From Candidatus Sulfomarinibacteraceae bacterium (lineage in GTDB: Bacteria; Acidobacteriota; Thermoanaerobaculia; Thermoanaerobaculales; Sulfomarinibacteraceae), in contig CAVTEP010000001.1 of NCBI GenBank assembly GCA_963733915.1, positions 671,710-735,709 of the forward strand: 64,000 nt of DNA. The letters run 5' to 3'. The translations under genes were made by a program, and so were the position numbers. Below are positions 19,161-27,777 of this stretch, piece by piece. Below the pieces are notes generated by a model. It was not told the origin of the DNA and ran no database searches. It was given only the letters and a program-made list of their open reading frames with translations. Numbering within the stretch: position 1 is the first letter of the stretch; every line of letters starts with the position of its first letter.

Positions 19161-20804
19161 ATGAAGATCGTCGAGTGCGTGCCGAATATCTCCGAAGGGC
19201 GGCGTCCCGAGGTTTACAACGAGGTAGCGGAAGCAGCGGCGTCGGTCGCGGGTGTCAAGCTGCTCGACGTGGATCCCGGCTTCGAGACCAACCGCACCGT
19301 GATCACCTTCGTCGGCGAGCCCGAGGCGGTGCTTGAAGCGAGCTTCCAACTCGTGGTGGTTGCCCGCAGGCTGATCGACATGCGAAACCACCACGGTGCC
19401 CACGGACGGATGGGCGCGGTCGATGTCTGCCCGTTCGTACCGGTCGCAGACGTCACTATGGACGACTGCGTAGAGCTTGCGAATCGGCTCGGTAAGAGGG
19501 TGGGCGAGGAGCTGTCGCTACCCGTTTATCTCTACGAATTCGCCGCCACCCGCCCCGAACGGCAGTCGCTGGCAGCTATCCGCAAGGGCGAATACGAGGC
19601 GCTGCCGGAAAAACTGAAAGACCCGGGCTTCACTCCTGATTACGGTCCCTCCGAGTTCGTGCCCGAGTTCGGCGCCATGGTGACCGGTGCGCGCAAGTTC
19701 CTGGTCGCTTACAACGTCAACCTGAACGTCAACGACAAGCGATGGGCCAATCGGGTCGCCTTCGACGTTCGCGAGACCGGACGGACCGTGACCGCGCCGG
19801 ACGGTCGCGAGGTCGTGCAGCCCGGTATGCTCAAGGCCGTTCGAGGCGTGGGTTGGTACATTCCCGAGTACGGGTGCGCCCAGGTTTCAATGAACCTGAT
19901 CGATCTCGACGTGACGCCGGTGCACGTCGCCTTTGACGCCTGCGAGGAGAGCGCGCGGGAACGGGGCATGCGGGCCACCGGGTCGGAGCTCGTCGGCCTG
20001 ATTCCCAAAAGCGCCATCCTCGCTGCGGGCCGCCACTACCTTTCGCGCATGGGCCGGTCGCGCGGGGTGCCGGAGGCCGACCTCGTTCACACGGCGGCGC
20101 AGTCTTTGGGTTTGAACGAGGTGTCCGACTTCAATCCGAAGGAAAAGATCATCGAGGACATCCTGGCCCCGGTGCGGCCGTTGGCGTCGATGAACCTGCA
20201 AGAGTTTTCCGATGAGACCTCGCGCGACTCGGCTGCGCCGGGTGGCGGATCGGTGGCCGCGCTGGCCGGCGCATTGGGCGCTGCTTTGGCGGCCATGGTC
20301 GCAAATCTACCCCATCCGAAATCGGAGTACGAGGCGGTTCGCGACCGGCTCGAGGGTACCGCGGTGCGGGCGCAGGAGATCAAACAGCAGTTGCTCGACG
20401 CCATTGACGCCGACACCTGGGCCTTCCAGGCGCTGATGGACGCATCCCGTTCCAAGGGGCCCGGCCGTGTCGCCGCGGTACGGGAGGCGACCCTGGGGGC
20501 GGCACGAGTGCCCCTTGCAGTCGTCGAGGCGTGTCCCGAGATCGTCGAGCTGTGCGCGCGGGCGCGGGAGATGGGTCTCGAGGCCTCGGCATCCGACGCG
20601 GGCGTGGGCGCTGCGATGGCGCGCGCCGCGGCCCTCGGTGCGGCAATGAATGTGCGTATCAATCTCCAGCGGATGGACGACGATGCCGAGGCGGCCGAAC
20701 TGTTGGCCCGCGCCGATGCCGCCCTCCGGACGACGGAAGCGCTCGCATCCGAGGTCGAGGCGGGTGTGTGGGCATCGCTTGGTGGCGACGTCAGCAATCT
20801 GTAA
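19161..20804 (+). CDS. ftcD: Bifunctional glutamate formimidoyltransferase / formimidoyltetrahydrofolate cyclodeaminase (FTCD-like)
   Basis: 547 aa. MKIVECVPNISEGRR...NRTVITFVG is the formiminotransferase N-terminus. The C-terminal Ala-rich helical region fits a cyclodeaminase domain. Confidence 0.85.
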   Translation: MKIVECVPNISEGRRPEVYNEVAEAAASVAGVKLLDVDPGFETNRTVITFVGEPEAVLEASFQLVVVARRLIDMRNHHGAHGRMGAVDVCPFVPVADVTMDDCVELANRLGKRVGEELSLPVYLYEFAATRPERQSLAAIRKGEYEALPEKLKDPGFTPDYGPSEFVPEFGAMVTGARKFLVAYNVNLNVNDKRWANRVAFDVRETGRTVTAPDGREVVQPGMLKAVRGVGWYIPEYGCAQVSMNLIDLDVTPVHVAFDACEESARERGMRATGSELVGLIPKSAILAAGRHYLSRMGRSRGVPEADLVHTAAQSLGLNEVSDFNPKEKIIEDILAPVRPLASMNLQEFSDETSRDSAAPGGGSVAALAGALGAALAAMVANLPHPKSEYEAVRDRLEGTAVRAQEIKQQLLDAIDADTWAFQALMDASRSKGPGRVAAVREATLGAARVPLAVVEACPEIVELCARAREMGLEASASDAGVGAAMARAAALGAAMNVRINLQRMDDDAEAAELLARADAALRTTEALASEVEAGVWASLGGDVSNL

Positions 20805-20869
20805 AAAGTGCATTTGCCACCTCGTCGGACCATGAGTACTACGTTACAAACGGATGCAGGGGAGTGGAT

Positions 20870-20983
20870 GAGATATGAGTTTCGAGTTTTGAGTTTTGAG
20901 TTTTGAGTTGCGCGTTGCTCGACCCAACAGGATTGGGTTGGGTGAGGGATAACTAAAAACTCAAAACTAAGAACTCAAAACTG
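20870..20983. repeat. E7: STR-armed GC-clamped hairpin, GAGTTTT-type arms
   Basis: Left arm gagatatgagtttcgagttttgagttttgagttttgagtt (20870-20909). Core gacccaac..aggat..tgggttgggtgaggg. Right arm ataactaaaaactcaaaactaagaactcaaaactg (20949-20983). Confidence 0.88.
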
Positions 20984-20996
20984 ATGCTGATTACGT

Positions 20997-22004
20997 GTGG
21001 GGCACCGGAGGAATTCAATCGTGGCTGTTACAACGGGTTTCCAGAAGACGACGAAGGGTGCGGCGGGAAACATTGCCGTGGTGGTGGCCAGAGTCGTTGT
21101 GCCTGCATGGTTAGCCGCTGGCGCGATCCTGAAGCTCGTCGATCTCAGCCCGACCCACCTCCCTGCGGCGCTCATCAAGTGGTGCGGCGGTCTCGGCATC
21201 GACCTCATGTTCATGCTCCGGTTCTCCATTGCCGCCGAACTGATTGTCGCGGTGGTCATGATCTTGGTGCCGCCGCTGGCCCGGTGGACGGGCCTTCTCA
21301 CGCTGGGCGCCTTCGCGCCCGTCCTGATCGGTGATCTGGCGCTCGGTGCGTCGAGCTGCGGTTGTTTCGGGGCGCTCGAGGTCAGCCCCTGGGTCACTCT
21401 TGTGACGGACGTCACGTTTTTTCTCGTTTTGGCGGTTCTTGGCGGGCGGGAACCGCGGCTGGCGTTGACCGCCCATCTCCCGACCACCAGGGTCGTGGCG
21501 GCCGGTGCATTGAGCCTGCTGAGCGTCGTCCTCGCCTTTGGCCAGCCTGCCTCGGGCTCCGGCGCCGACGATCCGGCAGAAACGGGCGGGATAACCGCGC
21601 TGCCACACGACGGCTACTATCTGCCGGACTACGAGAGTTGGCTCGGCCACCCCTTCCGAGACCTCGAAATCGCCTCGTGGATTGTCGGTCTGAGCGCGGA
21701 TCTCGAAACGGGTCAACAATATGTGCTGTTTTTCCGCAAGGACTGCGAACACTGCCACGAGCTGCTCGAGGTCTATTTCCAGGGCGCCCTCCAAGTGCCG
21801 ACGACGGCGGTCGCCGTTCCCGAACGTAACGGTTGGCCGACCGAGAACCTGCAGCCCTTCCCGTGCAGCGAGTGCCGGCTCGCCGAGCTGCCGGCGGGGA
21901 TCGACTGGTTTCTTCAGACCCCGGTCTTGGTGCGCCTCGCAGACGGCCTCGTCGAGTGTGCCGCGGAGGTCGACTCCGGGGCGCCAGACTGCCTTTTGCA
22001 GTAG
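20997..22004 (+). CDS. Membrane protein with MauE/DoxX-like N-terminal domain and C-terminal thioredoxin-like CxxC domain
   Basis: Four TM segments with the CGCFG motif (SSCGCFGALE). The C-terminal part has FFRKDCEHCHELL (CxxC). Start codon uncertain (alternative starts). Confidence 0.6.
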   Translation: MGHRRNSIVAVTTGFQKTTKGAAGNIAVVVARVVVPAWLAAGAILKLVDLSPTHLPAALIKWCGGLGIDLMFMLRFSIAAELIVAVVMILVPPLARWTGLLTLGAFAPVLIGDLALGASSCGCFGALEVSPWVTLVTDVTFFLVLAVLGGREPRLALTAHLPTTRVVAAGALSLLSVVLAFGQPASGSGADDPAETGGITALPHDGYYLPDYESWLGHPFRDLEIASWIVGLSADLETGQQYVLFFRKDCEHCHELLEVYFQGALQVPTTAVAVPERNGWPTENLQPFPCSECRLAELPAGIDWFLQTPVLVRLADGLVECAAEVDSGAPDCLLQ

Positions 22005-22100
22005 GAATTCCCGGGAAACGCTTGATTGCGGGATTGTGTTATAGTATCGCGGTGTTTCGATGGGTTGTCCAAACAAGAGAATTATCGATTTAGGAGGTGA

Positions 22101-22745
22101 ATGATGCGAAAGGTTCTTTCCCCGGCGTTGGTGGTGCTTCTCGTGGCGACGGTCGGCTTGTCCGGCTGCGCAACCAAGAAGTGGGTAAACGAGCAGGTGT
22201 CCGAATTCGGCCAGGTCACCAACACCAAGATTCATGAGGTCCAGGACGCGACCGAGGCCAACCAGAAGGCGATCTCGGAGCTGACGGCGAATCAGGCCGC
22301 GCTTGCGGCGGATCTCGAAGAGATCTCGGAGCTCGCAGCCGACGCGATGGCGCGTGCCGACGCGGCCGGCGTGCTCGCCATGGGTCAATTCCTCTATGAG
22401 GTCACAATTACCGACAACGATACGACCTTCGGATTCGACAAGTACGAGCTGTCCGACACGGCGAAGGCTCAGCTCGATGAGTTCGCGGCTATCGTGTTGG
22501 CAGTCGAGGGTCACGCCTACATCGAGATCCAGGGCCACACCGACAACATCGGCAGCGAGGGTTACAACCTCGAGCTTGGCTACAAGCGAGCCGAAGCCGC
22601 CATGCGCTACCTCAACATGGAGCAGGGCATCCCGCTGTTCCGGATGAATGTGATCTCCTACGGCGAGTACAAGCCGATCGCCGACAACTCGACCAAAGCA
22701 GGTCGCGCCGAGAATCGTCGCGTGACCCTGGTCGCGATGCAGTAA
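22101..22745 (+). CDS. OmpA-family lipoprotein with coiled-coil linker
   Basis: Signal/lipobox VGLSGC. OmpA-C motif: IEIQGHTDNIGSEGYNLELGYKRAEAAMRYL...NRRVTLV. SD TAGGAGG upstream. Confidence 0.88.
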   Translation: MMRKVLSPALVVLLVATVGLSGCATKKWVNEQVSEFGQVTNTKIHEVQDATEANQKAISELTANQAALAADLEEISELAADAMARADAAGVLAMGQFLYEVTITDNDTTFGFDKYELSDTAKAQLDEFAAIVLAVEGHAYIEIQGHTDNIGSEGYNLELGYKRAEAAMRYLNMEQGIPLFRMNVISYGEYKPIADNSTKAGRAENRRVTLVAMQ

Positions 22746-22768
22746 TACTGTTTCCAGAAAAAATTCGA

Positions 22769-22793
22769 GCCCGGGCTTCGGCCCGGGCTTTTT
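22769..22793 (+). terminator. Canonical rho-independent terminator downstream of the OmpA-family gene
   Basis: gcccgggc (22769-22776), loop ttcg, gcccgggc (22781-22788), then ttttt (22789-22793). It lies 24 nt after the stop codon. Confidence 0.8.
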
Positions 22794-22796
22794 CGT

Positions 22797-22912
22797 CGTT
22801 AGAACGTTTGGACGTTAGAACGTTAGAACGTTCCCGACCTCGCCAGTCATTGAAGATCTCGGGGTGGATGGGTGGGAAACGTTCTAACGTTCCAACGTGT
22901 AACGTTCGAACG
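22797..22912. repeat. E8: STR-armed GC-clamped hairpin, AACGTT-type arms, immediately after a canonical terminator
   Basis: Left arm cgttagaacgtttggacgttagaacgttagaacgtt (22797-22832). Core cccgacctcgcc..loop..ggggtggatgggtggg (22861-22876). Right arm aaacgttctaacgttccaacgtgtaacgttcgaacg (22877-22912). Confidence 0.88.
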
Positions 22913-22954
22913 ATTCACTCCCTGGCGACCCTGTATGCTTCCGCGGGAGGTATC

Positions 22955-23473
22955 ATGACCGATCGCGTCGGACCGGGTAACCTGCCGATTCTGGCCGTGC
23001 TGGGGCCATCCGATGCGTCGCCAAATGAATACGCGGTCGCGGAACGGGTCGGAGCGGCGGCTGCTCGTTCAGGATGGGTGGTACTTACCGGCGGAGGGTC
23101 GGGCGTCATGGAGGCCGCGAGCTGCGGCGCCGTCGAGGCGGGTGGCCTCACGGTGGGGATTCTCCCGACCGCGGTCTCCGGCAACGGCTACCCGAACCCC
23201 TGGGTGAGAATTCCGATCTACACGGGCGCCGGTAGTGCCCGAAATGCGTTCAACGTGCTGTCGGCATGCCTGTGCATCGCTATCGGCGGCGGCCCCGGCA
23301 CCTTGTCCGAGATCGCGCTGGCCCTCAAACACGGCATCCCCGTGTGGTGCTGGCAAAGCTGGGCTCTCACGCCGCCCCTCGGCTCCGACCGTCCTCTCCC
23401 CAGAAACTTCGGCACCGCAGACGAGCTTCTCGCTGCTCTGGAGATCGAGTTGCAGAAACGTTTGAACGTTTGA
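22955..23473 (+). CDS. TIGR00725/LOG-like (lysine decarboxylase-like fold) family protein
   Basis: ORF track 22808..23473. The ATG at 22955 is preceded by GGGAGG. Motifs: VVLTGGGSGVMEAASCGAVEAGG, GILP, IAIGGGPGTLSEIALAL. The upstream part of the ORF runs through repeat E8, and the C-terminal QKRLNV* lies in E9. Confidence 0.72.
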   Translation: MTDRVGPGNLPILAVLGPSDASPNEYAVAERVGAAAARSGWVVLTGGGSGVMEAASCGAVEAGGLTVGILPTAVSGNGYPNPWVRIPIYTGAGSARNAFNVLSACLCIAIGGGPGTLSEIALALKHGIPVWCWQSWALTPPLGSDRPLPRNFGTADELLAALEIELQKRLNV

Positions 23474-23493
23474 ACGTTCAACGTTTTAACGTT
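23456..23493. repeat. E9: AACGTT-unit quasi-palindromic repeat without GC clamp, in a convergent gap
   Basis: aaacgtttgaacgtttgaacgttcaacgttttaacgtt. It contains the stop codon of the TIGR00725-like gene. Confidence 0.8.
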
Positions 23494-23507
23494 GGGATAA
23501 TCGGTGC

Positions 23508-25592
23508 CTACTTGTCGCCTGCTTCCTCATCAAGCTGCCACCGGGCGCCCTTTCTGGCCAGGAAATAACAGGACGCGACAAGCGCCGCCAGACCGAGGAC
23601 GCTGACCAGCTGCCCGCCAAGCCCCTCGTACCACTCGGCGAAGGCCATCGCACCCTGTTCCGAGCGATGGAGCACGTCGACCAGGAGCATCGACTCTCCC
23701 AACTGTGGCAGCAGCAGGATGGCGCCGATGGTACCGATGATGGCCGCGCCGGCCATCAGGCCCGAAGCGATGAGGGTGCCCTGTTCCTTGCGCGCTTCCC
23801 GCTCGACCTCGGTGCGCCCGCTCTTCGAAATGAAATGACCGACGGCAGCGCCGAAGAAGACCGCCATGTTGATCTCGATGGGGAGGTACATCCCGAGCCC
23901 GAACGCGAGAGCCGGCACCTTGGCCATCTCCAACATGATCGCGACGATGCCGCCGAGCAGGAAGAGAATCAGCGCCTGCTGTTCACCGCCCATGACCGAG
24001 GAAACGATGGTTGCCATCAGGTTGCCCTGCGGCGCCGGGAGATCGGGGTTGGCGACCATCTGCCCGGTGCCGTCGTCGACCATGAACCCGTAGGAAGTGG
24101 CGAGCACCCAGAGCACGGCGCCGACGCAGAGCGCGGCCACCAATATGCCGAGAAACTTCCAACGCTCCTGTTGGAAGGGGCTGGCGCCGAGCCAGTAGCC
24201 GACCTTGAGGTCGGTGATAAACGCCCCTGAGGTCGAAAGAGCGGTGCATACGGCGCAGCCCACGACGAGCGCCACCGACATGCCGAGGGCGTCGCCGCTG
24301 AGACCGGTGGCAACCAGGGCCAGGCAGGCGATGATCAGGGTCAACATCGTCATCCCCGACACCGGGTTGACACCGACGATGGCGATCGCCCGCGCCGCCA
24401 CCGGGGTGAAGAGGAAGGCGAGAATGAAAGTGATCACCGTGCCGACCAGCGCAGTAGAGACCTTGCCGCTGATGAACCAGAAGAGCGCGAACATGCCGAC
24501 AACCGATGCGGCCTGGATCAGGAAAGTGTTGCGCGGGGCCAAATCTCGATCGGTGCGAAGGTCGTCCGCCCCGTCTCCGCCGCTCACCAGCCCCTTGAAG
24601 GCCAGCGTTATCGACGAAACGATGATCTTGCCCATCTTGAGGATGCCGATGATGCCGGCAAACGCGATGCAGCCGATTCCCATCGGGCGGACGTAGTTGC
24701 CGAAGATCTGGGCGGAATCCATATCGGCGACCAGGGCTGCCACCGCGGGTGGCGTCAAGGGCACGGTCAGGCCGTGGGCCGCAAAGTAGATCAACGGCAC
24801 CAGCACCAACACCGACAGCACCGATCCGGCGGCGATGATGCCGGCGTAGCGCACTCCGATGATGTAGCCGAGGCCAAAGTAGACCGCGGTGGCATTGAGC
24901 CGGACCTCGAACCGTAGATCGGCCAGGCGTTGCCCGAAGGATCCGAACAGGATTTTCGAGTTGAGGTGGTGGTTCCACAAGTGGAGAAACTCGACGATGA
25001 GGTCGTAGAAGAACCCCAGCCCGAAGGCCATCAACAGCACCTTGCCGGCGGATCCCTTCGACTTCTCGCCGGTCGCCAAAACATTCGCGATCGCCGTGCC
25101 CTCGGGGAACGGCAGCTGGCCGTGAAGGTCCTTGACGAAATACCGCCGGAGCGGGATCAGCAGAACCACTCCGAGGTACCCCCCGACCAGGCACGAGAGG
25201 AAAATCTGCAGGAATGACGGTTTGAGATCGAGGATGTAAAGCGCCGGAATCGTAAAGATGGCCCCCGCCACGACGACGCCCGCGGCCTGGCCGATGGACT
25301 GGATGATGACGTTTTCGAGCAGGGTGTTGCGGCGTGCGAAGAGGGTCCCGAGAAACACCGCGAGGATCGCGATCGGAATCGAGGTTTCGATCACATTGCC
25401 GGTCTTGAGCCCGATGTAGGCTGCCGCGAAGGTGAAGATCACGACCATGATGACGCCGATGGTCACCGACCGCGCCGATACCTCCGGGCGGCTGTCGTCG
25501 GCCGGAACTACCGGAACGTAGGTTTCACCCGATTCAAGTTCGCGAAACGCATTCGGCGGCAGCACCTTGGTTGACTTGGACGAGGATTCCAT
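23508..25592 (-). CDS. OPT family oligopeptide transporter
   Basis: 694 aa with about 16 TM segments. The N-terminus ELESGETYVPVVPADDSRPEVSARSVTIGVIMVVIFTFAAAYIGLKTG is typical of bacterial OPT proteins. Confidence 0.85.
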   Translation of the reverse strand: MESSSKSTKVLPPNAFRELESGETYVPVVPADDSRPEVSARSVTIGVIMVVIFTFAAAYIGLKTGNVIETSIPIAILAVFLGTLFARRNTLLENVIIQSIGQAAGVVVAGAIFTIPALYILDLKPSFLQIFLSCLVGGYLGVVLLIPLRRYFVKDLHGQLPFPEGTAIANVLATGEKSKGSAGKVLLMAFGLGFFYDLIVEFLHLWNHHLNSKILFGSFGQRLADLRFEVRLNATAVYFGLGYIIGVRYAGIIAAGSVLSVLVLVPLIYFAAHGLTVPLTPPAVAALVADMDSAQIFGNYVRPMGIGCIAFAGIIGILKMGKIIVSSITLAFKGLVSGGDGADDLRTDRDLAPRNTFLIQAASVVGMFALFWFISGKVSTALVGTVITFILAFLFTPVAARAIAIVGVNPVSGMTMLTLIIACLALVATGLSGDALGMSVALVVGCAVCTALSTSGAFITDLKVGYWLGASPFQQERWKFLGILVAALCVGAVLWVLATSYGFMVDDGTGQMVANPDLPAPQGNLMATIVSSVMGGEQQALILFLLGGIVAIMLEMAKVPALAFGLGMYLPIEINMAVFFGAAVGHFISKSGRTEVEREARKEQGTLIASGLMAGAAIIGTIGAILLLPQLGESMLLVDVLHRSEQGAMAFAEWYEGLGGQLVSVLGLAALVASCYFLARKGARWQLDEEAGDK

Positions 25593-25642
25593 CGATACCC
25601 CCCTCGCGTTGAGATCTGACGCCGGGAGTGTAGCAATTCCTT

Positions 25643-26005
25643 CGTTAGAACGTTAAAACGTTAGAACGTTAAAACGTTCGGCTCATCTGGAGATTCGTGG
25701 GATCGAGGCGTGAAGGTTTCGGTCGGCAAGGGCAGCGACAGGAGCGGCGACAGAATGCAAAGGCAGGGTCGGTCAGCAGCGGCCGGAGCAGCGACCATGG
25801 ATCGTGACGACGGTCGCTGTGGACTGCCCCTGACGCGGTCTCCAACCGCTGCCGCCGCCACTGGCGCCGTACCGTTCCAACGGACGCGACCAATAGCTTC
25901 TTTTGAGGGGGGTTGGGCGATCCCCTTTTCTCCTTTTCTCCTTTTCCGCTCTGCCTCTTGAGGGTGGGCGGAACGTTCTAACGTTCCAACGTTTTAACGT
26001 TCCAA
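25643..26005 (+). repeat. E10: composite nested element (~363 bp): AACGTT arm, GC-rich inner module, GGAGAAAA-type (as cttttcc) arm, GGGTGGGCGG clamp, inverted AACGTT arm
   Basis: Left arm cgttagaacgttaaaacgttagaacgttaaaacgttcg (25643-25680). Module ~25731-25859. ccttttctccttttctccttttcc (25923-25946). gagggtgggcgg (25959-25970). Right arm gaacgttctaacgttccaacgttttaacgttcc (25971-26003). Colinear homologue of E14. Confidence 0.85.
25731..25859 (+). repeat. GC-rich inner module, copy A (candidate structured RNA or MITE core)
   Basis: ggcagcgaca..aaggcagggtcggtcagcagcggccgg..gtcgctgtggactgcccctgacgcggtctccaaccgctgcc. It shares the blocks GGCAGGGTC(N4)AGCAGCGGCCG and CTGTGGACTGCCCCTGACGCGGYCTCCA with copies B-D. 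Confidence 0.75.
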
Positions 26006-26007
26006 TG

Positions 26008-26709
26008 TCAGTTCAGTGTGATGACCGCGTCGCCGACACCGACCGAGACCTCGACGCGGTGGGTGCCGTCGCCGGACCACGAGGCCGCATGGCTCACGAA
26101 ACCGCCGCTCGAGATCAACTCGCCGAGGACCGTGAGGCGGGCGTCGCCGACGCCACCGGCCGCCTCGGCCGACCTGTAGGCCGAGGCCGCGCCGAGGACC
26201 ACCGCCGTGCCGACGCCAAGGTCGACCACGACGTCACCATCGGCGGCGTCCACCTCGATATCGCCGACTCCAGAGTCGATTTCCACCCCTGCCGTGATAC
26301 CCCGGATTGCGATGTCCCCGACACCGTGGTCGAGCGTGAGGGCGATCTGCGGCGGCATGCCGATCGTCCATCGTTCCTCAAAACGCCGATCATCGTCCGC
26401 GGACGGGTGGATGCCGAGTACCAGGCGACCACCTTTGATGGAAGTCTCGAGGGACGCGGCTTCGACCTCCCGCTCGGCCTGCCGCTTGGACGAGAAGAAT
26501 CCGCCCCGTCTTGGTGTCAGAACCACCTCGATGGAGATCTCTTGAGCGCCCTCGACCGCGACGATGCTGACGTCACCGATGCCGCTATCGAGGTCGACGG
26601 AATCGATTCCGGCGAGCGGAAGGGTCTCGGACAAGGTGCGCGGACCGCCCGCGTCTGCGGGTAGGGCGAGAAGCAAGAGAACAGACAAAACGAGGACGGT
26701 TCTTTTCAT
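26008..26709 (-). CDS. Secreted DUF4097-like beta-strand repeat protein
   Basis: Signal peptide MKRTVLVLSVLLLLALPADA. Repeated G(V/I)GD(I/V)xI/V motifs: DSGIGDVSIV, HGVGDIAIRG, DSGVGDIEVD, VGVGDAVITL. Confidence 0.65.
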   Translation of the reverse strand: MKRTVLVLSVLLLLALPADAGGPRTLSETLPLAGIDSVDLDSGIGDVSIVAVEGAQEISIEVVLTPRRGGFFSSKRQAEREVEAASLETSIKGGRLVLGIHPSADDDRRFEERWTIGMPPQIALTLDHGVGDIAIRGITAGVEIDSGVGDIEVDAADGDVVVDLGVGTAVVLGAASAYRSAEAAGGVGDARLTVLGELISSGGFVSHAASWSGDGTHRVEVSVGVGDAVITLN

Positions 26710-26804
26710 TATCGACTCCTTCGCGCCGCCGTGAGCGGCTCACGAATTGAAACGAAAATCGTCGTCAAAAGTTCCCGATGTGTTCGATTATCGAGTTGAC
26801 CCGC

Positions 26805-27764
26805 TCAATTCCATACCTCACCGATGGTGAGCTGAATCTCACCCGATGCGGTCTCGACGTCGAACACGGGACCGTTGCCACTGAGCTTGAGGGCGGTGCC
26901 GTCCTCGACGATCTCGCCGGGAAGCTGGCTGTGAATCGAGCCGGTCGTGGTCGTCAGCGTTCCCTGCGGCTGCACGCCGTCGGGGACAATGATCTGGACG
27001 CGCCCGGAAGAGCTACGAATGCGCACTGTTTCGCCGGCCTCGAGGCGGTCCCAGCTGAGGGTGATCTTGCCGGTGGAGGTGCTGGCATCAATGCTTCCCG
27101 AAAGATCCTGCAGCCAGATCCGTCCCGAAGCAGTGTCGACCCGCGCACTGCGGGTGCCGCCGACCAGGCTGACATCACCGGCGGATGTCCGGGCGACAAA
27201 GGACTGAAGTGGCCGCAAGACCTCGATCTGGACGTCTCCCTCAGCCGTACTGATATCAATCGAGGTCGCGGCGCCGGTCATCACGAGGTCTCCGGTTGAA
27301 CTCCGCAGTCGCAGGGGATCGGAGTTGGGGAAATCGCCGCGAAGCTCGATCCTACCGCTGGTGGTTGTGAGGTCCGGGATGACCTCGCCGGGCACGATCA
27401 GACCGAGGTGTGCACGGGCGGAAAGGCTCCCAAAACCGAGAAAACCGGTTTTGCCGGGCTCGACGACGATATCGAGCACGCCCTCCGAATCGCTAAAGGT
27501 CGGGGTGTGATTATCGATCCAGCGTTGCGCCTTTTCACCACCGGTGCCACCGATGTGCAGCTGGACCTCGGCCTCGATCGAGTCGATATCGGCCGTTCGC
27601 ACCGAAACGTCAAGGTCCGCACCGTCGACCCGGACCACCTTCGCCGGCGCCGAAGGGTATTTTTCGAGAGTGTTGAGGTCCTTTTTGGCGGCCGACGCCA
27701 TGCCGGCGGTGGCGGCCGCGAGAAACCCGAGGACCAATGATTTGTGGAGCATGCTCCAAGCCAT
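26805..27764 (-). CDS. DUF4097 family beta-strand repeat protein (putative adhesin fold), secreted
   Basis: ORF track 26805..27872; ATG at 27764 gives the signal-like MAWSMLHKSLVLGFLAAATAGMASA. Repeats: TTSGRIELRG, SSTGDLVMTG, TSAGDVSLVG, TASGRIWLQD, TSTGKITLSW, SSSGRVQIIV, TASGEIQLTI. Confidence 0.75.
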   Translation of the reverse strand: MAWSMLHKSLVLGFLAAATAGMASAAKKDLNTLEKYPSAPAKVVRVDGADLDVSVRTADIDSIEAEVQLHIGGTGGEKAQRWIDNHTPTFSDSEGVLDIVVEPGKTGFLGFGSLSARAHLGLIVPGEVIPDLTTTSGRIELRGDFPNSDPLRLRSSTGDLVMTGAATSIDISTAEGDVQIEVLRPLQSFVARTSAGDVSLVGGTRSARVDTASGRIWLQDLSGSIDASTSTGKITLSWDRLEAGETVRIRSSSGRVQIIVPDGVQPQGTLTTTTGSIHSQLPGEIVEDGTALKLSGNGPVFDVETASGEIQLTIGEVWN

Positions 27765-27777
27765 GGTGTGTTGTCTC

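Noticed and set aside
25661-25961. Small ORFs inside composite elements (e.g. 25710..25961 +, 25661..25861 -, 34883..35359 +, 44795..45079 +) that share peptides such as GDRVRGSPQR or CGLPLTR
   Set aside because: The shared peptides occur in different frames and strands and simply reflect the repeated DNA module. The ORFs run through tandem-repeat arms and lack start contexts, so they are not credible genes.
25643-26005. Calling the composite elements mobile elements (MITEs) outright
   Set aside because: They have terminal inverted arms and multiple copies, but I could not identify target-site duplications or an autonomous transposase. They are therefore reported as repeats, with MITE as a hypothesis only.
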